From positions 11,545-75,544 of the forward strand of contig JAKPXO010000136.1 of NCBI GenBank assembly GCA_029567505.1: a DNA stretch of 64,000 nucleotides, given 5' to 3'. The stretch is from Acidobacteriota bacterium (GTDB lineage: Bacteria; Acidobacteriota; Thermoanaerobaculia; UBA5066). The position numbers were made by a program, and so were the translations under genes. The notes below the pieces were generated by a model that had not been told where the DNA came from, did not search any database, and saw only the letters and a program-made list of their open reading frames with translations. Numbering within the stretch: position 1 is the stretch's first letter; each line of letters opens with the position of its first letter. Positions 1-9,327 of this stretch are shown here, in pieces.

Positions 1-2
1 TG

Positions 3-1328
3 ACGCAGCGGCGCCGGACGGAGGAGCGGATCCGCTACCTCGCGCTGCACGACCCGCTCACGGACCTCGGGAACCGGCGCGCCGCGGAGGAGAGCCTCGA
101 GCGGATCGTGGCCCGGGCGCGCCGCGGGACGCCCGGCTCGCTCCTCCTCCTCGACCTCGACCACTTCAAGGTCGTCAACGACACGCTCGGGCACGGTGCG
201 GGGGACGTCGTCCTCGTCGAGCTGGCGCGGCTCCTCGGGACGCTGCGCCGGCCGGGCGACGAGCTCGCGCGCCTCGGTGGCGACGAGTTCGTCCTCGTCC
301 TCGAGGGGATCCCGGCCGAGGCGGGACGAATGGTCGCCGAGCGTGTCCGCCGGGCCGTGCACGAGCATCGGTTCGAGGTGGGGGGGCGCCGGTTCGACCT
401 CGGCGTGAGCGTCGGGGTCGTCCCGATCGACGGCCGCCTCAAGCCCGCCGCACTCCTCGCCCTGGCCGACTCGGCGCTCTACGCCGCCAAGGAGAAGGGC
501 CGCAACCGCGTCATGCTGTTCGACGGCTCCGTGCAGCCGACGCCCCTCTCGGAGGCGAGCCTCTGGGCCTCGCGCGTGAAGGACGCGCTCCGCGAAAGGA
601 AGTTCGTCCTCGTCTACCAGCCGATCCTGCGGCTCGAGAACGGACGGACCGCGCATTACGAGGCGCTCCTCCGCCTCTCGGACGGCGACGGGGCCCTCGT
701 CGCCCCGGGGGACTTCCTTCCCGCCGCGGAGCAGTTCGGCCTCCTCCCCCAGGTCGACGCGTGGGTCGTCGACGAGGTCCTCTCGGTCCTCAGGACCCGG
801 AACGACGTCGAGGTCTTCGTCAACCTCTCCGGCGCCAGCCTCGGCGAGGAGGGGCACCTCGCCGCGCTCGAGGAACGGATCCGGGAGAGCGGCATCGGCC
901 CCGGGCGCCTCGCCTTCGAGCTGACCGAGACGACCGCCGTCCGGGACCTGATCGGGGCCCGCGAGTGGATGAGGCGCCTGCGCGACCTCGGCTGCCGCTT
1001 CGCGCTCGACGACTTCGGGATCGGCTTTTCGTCGTTCTCCTACCTGCAGGGGCTGCCGGCGGACTACGTCAAGATCGACGGCTCGTTCATCCGCGACCTC
1101 GAGACGAACCCCTCGAACCGGGCCCTCGTGAAGGCGATCGACACCGTCGCCCACACGCTCGGCAAGGAGACGATCGCCGAGCACGTGGAGAGCCTGGACG
1201 CCGTGGCCGTCCTCCGGGAGCTGGGCGTCGAGTACGGGCAGGGGTTCGCGCTCGGCCTGCCGGAGCGGGAGCTGCCCGGCCTCCCGGATGCCTGCAACGC
1301 GGCGACGTCGCCCGGCACGCTCCGTTAG
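3..1328 (+). CDS. Diguanylate cyclase/phosphodiesterase (GGDEF-EAL), 5' truncated by window edge
   Basis: Frame is open from nt 3 (..RYLALHDPLTDLGNRR). It has the RxxD I-site (RPGD), GGDEF, YEALLRL, FALDDFG and VKIDGSF. Confidence 0.95.
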   Translation, partial: TQRRRTEERIRYLALHDPLTDLGNRRAAEESLERIVARARRGTPGSLLLLDLDHFKVVNDTLGHGAGDVVLVELARLLGTLRRPGDELARLGGDEFVLVLEGIPAEAGRMVAERVRRAVHEHRFEVGGRRFDLGVSVGVVPIDGRLKPAALLALADSALYAAKEKGRNRVMLFDGSVQPTPLSEASLWASRVKDALRERKFVLVYQPILRLENGRTAHYEALLRLSDGDGALVAPGDFLPAAEQFGLLPQVDAWVVDEVLSVLRTRNDVEVFVNLSGASLGEEGHLAALEERIRESGIGPGRLAFELTETTAVRDLIGAREWMRRLRDLGCRFALDDFGIGFSSFSYLQGLPADYVKIDGSFIRDLETNPSNRALVKAIDTVAHTLGKETIAEHVESLDAVAVLRELGVEYGQGFALGLPERELPGLPDACNAATSPGTLR

Positions 1329-1373
1329 GATGTCCGGTCGCGGGCCGGCGCAGCCGGCCCGGAGGAGACGAGG

Positions 1374-3611
1374 ATGCCGAGCGAGAGCCCGCGCCGTGTC
1401 GCGATCCTGACGAGCGGCGGCGACGCCCCGGGAATGAACGCCGTCGTGCGGGCCGCGGTCCGCGCGGCGCTCGAGAGGGGGCTCGAGGTCCTCGCCGTGG
1501 AAGAAGGCTTCCAGGGGCTGGTCGACGGGGGAGAGCGATTCCGCCGGATGGCCTGGGGCGACGTCGGCGGCATCCTCCCGAAGGGGGGGACCGTCATCGG
1601 CACGGCGCGCTGTCCGGCGTTCCGCACCCGCGAAGGTCGTCTCGCTGCCGCCCGGAACCTGGCCCGCGAGAGGGTCGAGGCCCTGATCGTCGTCGGCGGG
1701 GACGGGTCGCTCACGGGCGCGGACCTCTTCCGGCGCGAGTGGCCCTCTCTCCTGAAGGAGCTCGCCGCCGGCGGGGAGATCCCGCCCGAGGCGGCGAGGA
1801 GCGCGTCGCCTCTCGCGCTCGTCGGCCTCGTCGGGTCGATCGACAACGACATGGCCGGGACCGACATGACGATCGGCGCCGACACGGCCCTTCACCGGAT
1901 CGTGGAAGCCGTGGACGCGCTCGTCTCCACCGCCGCCAGCCACCAGAGGACCTTCGTCGTGGAGGTGATGGGGCGCCACTGCGGTTACCTGGCGCTGATG
2001 AGCGCGCTCGCGACGGGCGCCGGGTGGGTCTTCATCCCCGAGGCGCCGCCGGAGGGGGACGACTGGGAGGAGAAGCTCTGCGCCGTCCTGGCCGAGGGGC
2101 GGAAGGCGGGCCGCCGCCACTCGACGGTGATCCTGGCCGAAGGGGCGGTCGACCGGCAGGGGCGCCCCATCGAGGCGGAGCGGATCCGGAAGCTCCTCGA
2201 GGAGCGGCTCGGGACGGAAACGCGGACGACCGTTCTCGGCCACGTCCAGCGCGGCGGCGCCCCGAGCGCCTTCGACCGGACGATGGGGACGCTCCTCGGC
2301 GTCGCGGCGATCGAGGAGGTCGTCCGCTGGGGGCCCGACGACGTCCCGTGCCTCATCGGGCTCCGCGAGAACCGCGTGACGCGCGTGCCGCTCCTGGAGA
2401 ACGTCGAGAAGGCGCGGGCGGTCGGCGAGGCGATCCGGGCGGGCGACTTCGAGCGGGCGATGACGCTCCGCGGGACGTCCTTCCGGAGCTCCTTCCGGAT
2501 CATGAAGACGCTCGTCCGTGCCTTTCCCCACGGGCCGCGCGACGGTCAGCGGCGGAGGCGGTTCCTCGTCCTCCACGCCGGACCGCCCGCGCCGGGAATG
2601 AACACCGCCGTGCGCGCGGCGGTCCGCCTCCTCGTCGACCAGGGGCACGTCGTCCTCGGCGCGCGGGGCGGCTTCGACGGGCTCCTCGCCGGCGACGTCG
2701 TGCCTCTCGACTGGATGAGCGTGAACGGCTGGGTCTCGCTCGGCGGCGCCGAGCTCGGGACGAGCCGCAGGGTCCCGGCGGCGGAAGACCTCGGGGCGCT
2801 CGCCGAGGTGCTCGCGGCGCGCCAGGTCGAAGGCGTGCTCCTCGTCGGCGGCTGGGCGGCCTACCAGGCAGCGGGCAGAATGCAGGCCGCGCGCGCGGAG
2901 CACGCGGCCTTCCGCGTCCCGCTCGTCTGCGTCCCGGCGGGGATCGACAACTCCCTCCCCGGCTCCGAGCTCGCGATCGGCGCCGACACGGCGCTGAACG
3001 CGATCGTCGAGGCGGTGGACCGGATCAAGCAGTCGGCCGTGGCCTGGAAGCGAACGTTCGTGGTAGAGGTCATGGGGCGCTGGTGCGGCTACCTCGCGGT
3101 CCTCTCCGGACTCGCGACCGGCGCCGAGAGGGTCTTCACGCACGAGGAAGGGATCACGATGAAGGCGCTCGAGCGCGACGTGGCGAGCCTCGTCGAGGGG
3201 TTCCGGAAGGGGAAGCGTCTCGCGCTGATGATCCGGAACGAGAACGCCAGCCCCGTCTTCACGACGGGCTTCCTCCGGCGACTGTTCGAGGCGGAGGGCC
3301 GAGGCGCGTTCGACGCGCGGCAGGCGATCCTCGGGCATCTCCAGCAGGGGGGCGACCCGACCCCCTTCGACCGGATCGTGGCGACCCGCTACGCGGCCCG
3401 GGCGGTGGAGGTCCTCCTCGAGGAGAGCGCGAAGGAGAGCCCGGCGGCCGTCTTCCTCGGCGTCCAGTCGGGCCGCCTGACGGCGTTCCCGCTGGACGCC
3501 CTCGCGTCGATGGTCGAGCCGGAGTTCGAGCGCGCCAGGGACCCGTGGTGGCGCTCGATCGAGCCCGTCGTCCGGCTGCTCGGCCAGCCGGGGCCCTCGG
3601 CGAAGGCCTGA
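1374..3611 (+). CDS. pfkA: ATP-dependent 6-phosphofructokinase, tandem-duplicated eukaryote-type (745 aa)
   Basis: N-half: TSGGDAPGMN, GGDGSLTG, GSIDND, EVMGRHCG, GHVQRGG. C-half repeats the fold: HAGPPAPGMN, PAGIDNS, EVMGRWCG, GHLQQGG. RBS upstream. Confidence 0.92.
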   Translation: MPSESPRRVAILTSGGDAPGMNAVVRAAVRAALERGLEVLAVEEGFQGLVDGGERFRRMAWGDVGGILPKGGTVIGTARCPAFRTREGRLAAARNLARERVEALIVVGGDGSLTGADLFRREWPSLLKELAAGGEIPPEAARSASPLALVGLVGSIDNDMAGTDMTIGADTALHRIVEAVDALVSTAASHQRTFVVEVMGRHCGYLALMSALATGAGWVFIPEAPPEGDDWEEKLCAVLAEGRKAGRRHSTVILAEGAVDRQGRPIEAERIRKLLEERLGTETRTTVLGHVQRGGAPSAFDRTMGTLLGVAAIEEVVRWGPDDVPCLIGLRENRVTRVPLLENVEKARAVGEAIRAGDFERAMTLRGTSFRSSFRIMKTLVRAFPHGPRDGQRRRRFLVLHAGPPAPGMNTAVRAAVRLLVDQGHVVLGARGGFDGLLAGDVVPLDWMSVNGWVSLGGAELGTSRRVPAAEDLGALAEVLAARQVEGVLLVGGWAAYQAAGRMQAARAEHAAFRVPLVCVPAGIDNSLPGSELAIGADTALNAIVEAVDRIKQSAVAWKRTFVVEVMGRWCGYLAVLSGLATGAERVFTHEEGITMKALERDVASLVEGFRKGKRLALMIRNENASPVFTTGFLRRLFEAEGRGAFDARQAILGHLQQGGDPTPFDRIVATRYAARAVEVLLEESAKESPAAVFLGVQSGRLTAFPLDALASMVEPEFERARDPWWRSIEPVVRLLGQPGPSAKA

Positions 3612-3612
3612 G

Positions 3613-4956
3613 CTACAGCCTCTCCCCCTCGAAGTACGAGCCGCTCCCGGGGCCGGTCTCGTCGCGATGGCCCGAGGGCAGGAGGACGATCGGCGGGAGC
3701 TCGTTCTCGACGAGGTAACCGAAGCGGGCGCGGAAGTCTGCGAGCGACATGCCGCACGTCGCGGCGAACTTCGCGAGCTCGTGCGGGTCCTCGAAGTCGT
3801 CCTTGCGGAGCCGGATCATGTAGCGACGCGCGATCGCGTAGCGGGTCGAGTGGACGTCGACCATCCGCACACGCGTTCGGCCGGTCTGCGGGTCGAGCAT
3901 CTCGGCGAAGGGGATCGCGACGAAGTTCCCTCCCTGCATCGAGACCATCGCGCCCGTCCCTCCCGAGAGGATGTACTTGGCCGCGCAGTAGCCGAGGTCG
4001 CGCGTGTACTCGAGGTCGAACGGGATCGGGTCGGCGCAGCGGAGCTCGTAGCCGATGTTCTTGTCGGTGACCGTCGCCTTCACGCCGAGCTTCTTCAGCT
4101 CCTCCTGGACGGCCGCCTTCAGGATCTCGCCGATGTTCACGTCGGCGATCCGGAGGTGACCGTGGGCGTCGCGCTCGGCCTCGGCGAGCCCCTTCAGCTC
4201 CTCCGGGTCGAGCTCGAGGACGAGCCCCTCGGCGATGATCGCCACGCCGTCACGCCGCCCGTAGCTGAGGCGCTTCAGGATCGCGCCGACGAGCGTGTCG
4301 ACGATCGCCTTGAACCGCACCTTCTGCCCCTGGAACTCCTCCGGGATCAGCGTGAGTGTGGCGCCGGCGGCCTTGCCGATGCCGAGTGCGAGGTGGCCGG
4401 CCTTCCGTCCCATCGCGATGACGAAGTACCAGCGCGAGGTCGTCCGCGCGTCGACCATCAGGTTCTTGACGATCTCGACGCCGACGTGCCGCGCCGTCTG
4501 GAAGCCGAACGTGTCGACGTCGGGGGGGAGGTCGAGGTCGTTGTCGATCGTCTTCGGGACGTGGACGACCGCGATCCGACCGTCGGCCTTCTCGGCGAGC
4601 TTCATCGCCGAGAAGGCGGTGTCGTCGCCGCCGATCGTGACGAGCCGCGAGACGTTCAGCCGGAGGAGGGAGATGACCGCGGCCTCGAGGAGCTGCGGGT
4701 CCTTCGTCGGGTTCGCGCGGGCGATGCCGATGTGGGAGCCGCCGCGGAAGTGGATCCGGCTCACCTCGTCGATCGTGAGCGGGTGGACGTGCTCGATGTT
4801 CCCCTGCATGAGCCACTGGAAGCCGTCGCGGATGCCGAGGACCGAGACCCCCTCGAGCTCGGCGCGGATCGTCGCCGCGCTGATGACGCTGTTGATGCCG
4901 GGCGCCGGCCCGCCGCCGACGAGGATCGCCATGTTCTTGTGCTGGCTCGTGGTCAT
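3613..4956 (-). CDS. pfp: Pyrophosphate-dependent phosphofructokinase (diphosphate--fructose-6-phosphate 1-phosphotransferase)
   Basis: GGGPAPGIN, GGDDT (Asp), PKTIDND (Lys) and AMGRKAG. The Asp and Lys are the established PPi-specificity residues. GGAGG RBS. Confidence 0.88.
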   Translation of the reverse strand: MTTSQHKNMAILVGGGPAPGINSVISAATIRAELEGVSVLGIRDGFQWLMQGNIEHVHPLTIDEVSRIHFRGGSHIGIARANPTKDPQLLEAAVISLLRLNVSRLVTIGGDDTAFSAMKLAEKADGRIAVVHVPKTIDNDLDLPPDVDTFGFQTARHVGVEIVKNLMVDARTTSRWYFVIAMGRKAGHLALGIGKAAGATLTLIPEEFQGQKVRFKAIVDTLVGAILKRLSYGRRDGVAIIAEGLVLELDPEELKGLAEAERDAHGHLRIADVNIGEILKAAVQEELKKLGVKATVTDKNIGYELRCADPIPFDLEYTRDLGYCAAKYILSGGTGAMVSMQGGNFVAIPFAEMLDPQTGRTRVRMVDVHSTRYAIARRYMIRLRKDDFEDPHELAKFAATCGMSLADFRARFGYLVENELPPIVLLPSGHRDETGPGSGSYFEGERL

Positions 4957-5027
4957 GGGACCTCCGTGAGGCGGGGAAGTCTACGGCAGCGGAAGGGGGA
5001 GGGAGGACCCCGCGGGTCCGCGGCCCC

Positions 5028-6947
5028 TCACGCGGACGGCGCGAGCGGGCGCGTGAGCGCCGCGAACGTCGCGGGCCAGGAGGACGGGCGGGCGGCGTCG
5101 CGGGCGAGCGCGGTACCGGGGAAGTAGGGCGCGACGGCCTCGCCGAGCCGCGCGGCGAGGGGGAGGTCCCCGGCGTCGCGCGCGGCGAGCGCGCGGACGA
5201 CGAGGACGGAGGGGCCGCTCACGCGCTCCTCGGGCAGGGAAGCGAACGCCGCGCGGAGCGCTTCGGTCCGGCGGAGAAGCCGCAGGCTCTCGAGGAGGAG
5301 GGCGTCGGAACCCTCCCCGGGGTCGAGGCGTGCGAGCTTCCGGGCGAGGTCGAGCCCCCGTTCGAGCCGTCCCGTCTCGTGCGCCCGGCCGACCTGCTCG
5401 GAGAGGGCGGCGAGGTAGACGGAGAACGACGCCGGGTCCGCGATCCCCCGCCCGAGCGCACGGCCGAAGAAGCTCCACCCGAGCGGCGGCGCGACGACGT
5501 CGGCGAGCTCCGGCGGGAACGGCACGAGGCGAGGCCCGAGCCCGGGCCGCGTCTCGTACCAGGGGGGGCGGGCGAGCCGGTCCGCCCGGCTCTCCGCGGA
5601 GCGCGGCGCCGAGGCGGCCGCGTACCACGGGTAGAGGAGGAACGGCGAGGCGAGCGGCTCCTTCGAGAGGACGTTCTCGGGGGAGACGCTCGGCCTTCCG
5701 GCGTCGTCGGGGCCGACGGCGAGGGCGGGGACCTCGCGCTCGAGCTCCGGCGTGAGCGGGGCGCGCCGGCAGTTCGCGACGTAGGTGTCGACGAGCGAGG
5801 GGTGGACGAGGAGAGGCGGCAGGTTGAGCGTCACGGAGAGGACCGCGACGGCGCGCCGGCCCCCGGCGCCGAGGCCCTCGGCGGCGAGCGCGGCCCACGG
5901 CGCGAGGAGCGGCACGGCGGGGACGAGGAGACGCGGTCCCCAGCCCCCGACGCCGTGCCAGGCCCACCAGGCGGCGGCGGTCCCCAGCAGGGCGAGGAAC
6001 GCGAGCGCCGAGCCGGCCGCGGCGAGGCGGAGCGGCGCGTCGCCCGGGCGGCGGAGCGCGTGCGAAAGGGCCGCCGCGGCGAGGAGCGCGGCCGGGAAGA
6101 AGAGGACGAGGCCGCGGTTCGGCCCCACGAGGAGCCGCCAGAGGCCGTCGGGGAGCGGGTGGGTGAAGCCTTCCCCTTCGTAGCCGGCGAAGAGGCGGCC
6201 GAACCGGTGGAGCTCGAAGGCGACCCAGGCGGCGACGGGGAGGAAAGCGCCGACCGCGGCGGCCGCGAGCCGCCGCCCGCGGAGCGCGGACGCCGCGAGG
6301 AGCGGGAGGAGCAGGGCGGGCGCCACGGCGGCGAGGCTCGACTTGATTAGGAGCGCGGCTCCGGCGGCGAGGCCCGCCGCGAACGCGCGGCGGCGAGAGG
6401 CGCGCGGGTCGCTCTCTCGGGCGGCGCCGAGGGCGAGGAGGAGGGCGCCGGCGAGAGCGGCCGCCTGGAGTGCTTCGGAGAAGTCGGAGGTGGCGTACGA
6501 CCCGAGCGGCCCGCCGAGCGAGGCGAGGAGGACGGCGAGGCCCTGGAGGGAGGTCGAGGCGCCGGCCAGCCGCGCGATCCCGCCTGCGGCGGCCGCCGCG
6601 AGGAGGACCCCCGCGAGCGGCGCGAGGAGGAAGAGCGGCTGCGAGGTGCCGGGCCCGAACGCGCTCTCCACGGCGGGCGCGGCGGCTGCCGCCGGGAGCT
6701 GGGCGAGGCTCGCCCCGAGGCCGTAGCGCGAGACGGCGTCGGCCTCGCGCTCGAACGCGCGCGGGGCTCCCTTCCCGATCCCGAGCTCGCCCGTCTCGAC
6801 GATCGCGACCGCCGTGCCGATCGTCTGGCGGCCGTCGGAGACCTTCCCCGCGTGCCGGTCGTCGGCCGAAAGGAGAAGCGCCGCGGCGACGGCGAGGAGC
6901 GCTCCGCGGGCGGGGCGCGGCCGGGCGGGGACGGACCGGGGCGGCAC
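5028..6947 (-). CDS. Multi-pass membrane protein, probable GT-C (lipid-carrier-dependent glycosyltransferase-like)
   Basis: Only the 3' part of track ORF 5028..7949 looks coding; GTG start chosen at 6947. Many hydrophobic segments, and motifs SRYGLG, DFSEAL, GWGPRLLVP typical of ArnT/PMT-like proteins. Confidence 0.6.
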   Translation of the reverse strand: MPPRSVPARPRPARGALLAVAAALLLSADDRHAGKVSDGRQTIGTAVAIVETGELGIGKGAPRAFEREADAVSRYGLGASLAQLPAAAAAPAVESAFGPGTSQPLFLLAPLAGVLLAAAAAGGIARLAGASTSLQGLAVLLASLGGPLGSYATSDFSEALQAAALAGALLLALGAARESDPRASRRRAFAAGLAAGAALLIKSSLAAVAPALLLPLLAASALRGRRLAAAAVGAFLPVAAWVAFELHRFGRLFAGYEGEGFTHPLPDGLWRLLVGPNRGLVLFFPAALLAAAALSHALRRPGDAPLRLAAAGSALAFLALLGTAAAWWAWHGVGGWGPRLLVPAVPLLAPWAALAAEGLGAGGRRAVAVLSVTLNLPPLLVHPSLVDTYVANCRRAPLTPELEREVPALAVGPDDAGRPSVSPENVLSKEPLASPFLLYPWYAAASAPRSAESRADRLARPPWYETRPGLGPRLVPFPPELADVVAPPLGWSFFGRALGRGIADPASFSVYLAALSEQVGRAHETGRLERGLDLARKLARLDPGEGSDALLLESLRLLRRTEALRAAFASLPEERVSGPSVLVVRALAARDAGDLPLAARLGEAVAPYFPGTALARDAARPSSWPATFAALTRPLAPSA

Positions 6948-7031
6948 GACGGGAGGGTATCGCAACGACGCGGAGCGGCGGGGCCGGGGCGTTGCCGGGC
7001 GGGAGCGGAGGCACGTGGATAATCCGTCCGA

Positions 7032-8153
7032 ATGAACGCCTCCTCCCCGGACGACGTCTCCCGATCCTCCGCGCCCCTCTCCGGCGCCCCTCGCCTGGTG
7101 GCGAGCCCCTACCTCCACTTCGACGGCTGGCAGGTCGTCAACCCGCTCACGAACGTGACCCTGACCCCGACGGACCGCCTCTTCGCCCCGCTCCACGAGC
7201 TCCGGGGCGGCCGCCCTGTCGACGGCGCGATCGAGCGGGAGCTTCGGGCCGGGCTCTGGGCGATCCCGGACGGCGAGGACCTTTCCCACCGGTTCCGCCT
7301 CAAGGTCGTCTCTCTCGAGGCGCACTCCGTCTGCAACCAGGCCTGCTACTTCTGCCCGGTTTCGGTCGCCCCCCGCGAGAAGAGCTTCATGCCGACCGAG
7401 CTCTACGAGCGGATCGTCGCGGAGCTCTCCGCCTTCCGCGACTCGATCGAGGGCGTCTGCATGAACAACTACAACGAGCCGACGGTCGACCGCCGGTTCG
7501 TCCAGCAGGTGGCGACGATCAAGGCGGCGGGCCTTCCGCCGGCCGTCCTCTCGAACGGCTCCGGCCTGACGCCGGACCGGGTCGACGCGCTCCTCGGCCT
7601 CGGCGGCCTGCGCTACCTCTCGGTCAACATCTCGACGCTCGAGAAGGACCGCTACGCCCGGGATCGGGGCGTCGACCAGCTCGAGACCGTCGTCCGCAAC
7701 ATCGACTACATGCGCGACAAGCCGGTCGCGCAGGAGATGGACCTCGTCGTCCTCGGCGGGGGGGACGAACCGCACCGGAAGGCCCACCGGGAGATCACCG
7801 AGCGGTACGGCGGGAGCCGCTTCAACGTCCGGCCGTTCGAGGCGCGGGACCGCGCGGGGTGGCTGCCGAACGGAGTCCGGCCTGCCGAGAAGCACCGGAA
7901 GCTGCGGGGATGCGACAACGTCGGCTCGCGGCCGCTGGAGCACCTCCACGTCACGGCGGAGGGGAAGTGCATCTTCTGCTGCGAGGACTACGACGAGAAG
8001 CTCGTCGTGGGCGACCTGAAGACGCAGAGCGTCCGGGAGGTCCTGGAGGGGCCGGCCCTCGCCCTCCTGCGGCGGTGGTCGTACGGCGTCGAGGAGGCCC
8101 CGGACGACTTCATCTGCCGTTCGTGCATCGCCGCCCGGACCGAAGGTGAGTGA
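7032..8153 (+). CDS. Radical SAM protein with SPASM/twitch domain (rSAM-1)
   Basis: CxxxCxxC = CNQACYFC. C-terminal cysteines: GCDN, GKCIFCCED, CRSC. Confidence 0.88.
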   Translation: MNASSPDDVSRSSAPLSGAPRLVASPYLHFDGWQVVNPLTNVTLTPTDRLFAPLHELRGGRPVDGAIERELRAGLWAIPDGEDLSHRFRLKVVSLEAHSVCNQACYFCPVSVAPREKSFMPTELYERIVAELSAFRDSIEGVCMNNYNEPTVDRRFVQQVATIKAAGLPPAVLSNGSGLTPDRVDALLGLGGLRYLSVNISTLEKDRYARDRGVDQLETVVRNIDYMRDKPVAQEMDLVVLGGGDEPHRKAHREITERYGGSRFNVRPFEARDRAGWLPNGVRPAEKHRKLRGCDNVGSRPLEHLHVTAEGKCIFCCEDYDEKLVVGDLKTQSVREVLEGPALALLRRWSYGVEEAPDDFICRSCIAARTEGE

Positions 8154-9327
8154 CGCCGCCTTCGCCTTCGAGGGGCTTTCGAAGGTCTACCGCCTCTATG
8201 CGTCTCCCCGCGACCGCCTCCTCGAGGCGATCACGGGGCGCCCGCGGCACACTCCGGTCCACGCGCTCCGGGGCGTCTCCGCGACCGTCCTCCGCGGCTC
8301 GGTCCTCGGGGTCATCGGCGAGAACGGCTCCGGGAAGTCGACGCTCCTGAAGATCCTCGCGGGGACGACGGAGCCGACCTCCGGGACGGTCCATCTCCCC
8401 GGGCGCGTCGCCGCGATCCTGGAGCTCGGCTCCTCGTTCCACCCGGAGGTGACCGGCCGCCGGAACGCGGTCCTGCAGGCCGCGCTCGCCGGCCTCACGA
8501 AGGCCGAGATCGCGGCGGCCCTTCCCGAGATCGAGGCCTTCGCCGAGCTGGGAGACTTCTTCGACCGGCCCGTGAGGACCTACTCCTCGGGCATGACGAT
8601 GCGGCTCGCGTTCGCCGTCGCGACGGCGGTCCTCCCCGACGTCGTGATCCTCGACGAGGCTCTCGCCGTGGGCGACGGGCGCTTCCAGAAGAAGTGCGTC
8701 GACCGCCTCCACGACCTCCGCTCGCGCGGCCGGACGATCTTCCTCTGCAGCCACGCCCTCTACTACGTCTCCACGCTCTGCGAGACGGCGATCTGGCTTC
8801 GGGACGGGGAGGTCGCCGCGCTCGGCGAGGCCCAGAAGGTCGTCCTCCAGTACGAGGAGTACCTCGCGCGCAAAGAGCAGGAGCGGACCGTGGCGGCCCC
8901 GGCGGCGCTCCAGGACTCGCTCGGCCGGTTCACGTCGATCCGGCTCCTTGACGGGGCCGGGAAGGAGACGGCCGCCTTCGCACCGGGGGACCCCTGGGTC
9001 CTGGAGCTCGCGTTCGAGGGGGACACGCCGGAGCGTCCCCTCCACGTCCACGTCGCCGTCGTCACGCCGGACCAGGTCACCTGCTTCGTCGCCGACTCGA
9101 AGGTCTCCGGCACGGGGCCCTTCGTCGGGAAAGCGCGCCACGAGATCCGGCTGTCGGTGGAGTCCCTCCCGCTCGCGAAGGGGGAGTTCATCCTCGTCAT
9201 CTTCCTCGGCGACGAGAAGGGCCTCGCCCTCTACGACGCCCGGAGCGACGTTCGGTTCCGGGTGGAGTCGGACCGCTGGACGAGCGGCTTCATGACGGTC
9301 CCGGTCGGCTGGGAGACGCTCGGATGA
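8146..9327 (+). CDS. wzt: Polysaccharide export ABC transporter ATPase with C-terminal Wzt_C domain
   Basis: Walker A GENGSGKS, signature YSSGMTMRLAFA, Walker B ILDEALAVGD..FQKKC, and a ~130-aa C-terminal beta-rich extension. Start overlaps the upstream stop. Confidence 0.9.
   Translation: MSDAAFAFEGLSKVYRLYASPRDRLLEAITGRPRHTPVHALRGVSATVLRGSVLGVIGENGSGKSTLLKILAGTTEPTSGTVHLPGRVAAILELGSSFHPEVTGRRNAVLQAALAGLTKAEIAAALPEIEAFAELGDFFDRPVRTYSSGMTMRLAFAVATAVLPDVVILDEALAVGDGRFQKKCVDRLHDLRSRGRTIFLCSHALYYVSTLCETAIWLRDGEVAALGEAQKVVLQYEEYLARKEQERTVAAPAALQDSLGRFTSIRLLDGAGKETAAFAPGDPWVLELAFEGDTPERPLHVHVAVVTPDQVTCFVADSKVSGTGPFVGKARHEIRLSVESLPLAKGEFILVIFLGDEKGLALYDARSDVRFRVESDRWTSGFMTVPVGWETLG

Noticed and set aside
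761-3718. 985-aa alternative-frame ORF and many similar long Arg/Pro/Gly-rich ORFs in the track
   Set aside because: Off-frame shadows of real genes. Stops are rare in very GC-rich DNA, and these ORFs have no motifs and low-complexity composition.
6948-7949. 5' extension of the 973-aa ORF 5028..7949
   Set aside because: Antisense to rSAM-1. The membrane-protein character begins only near GTG 6947.
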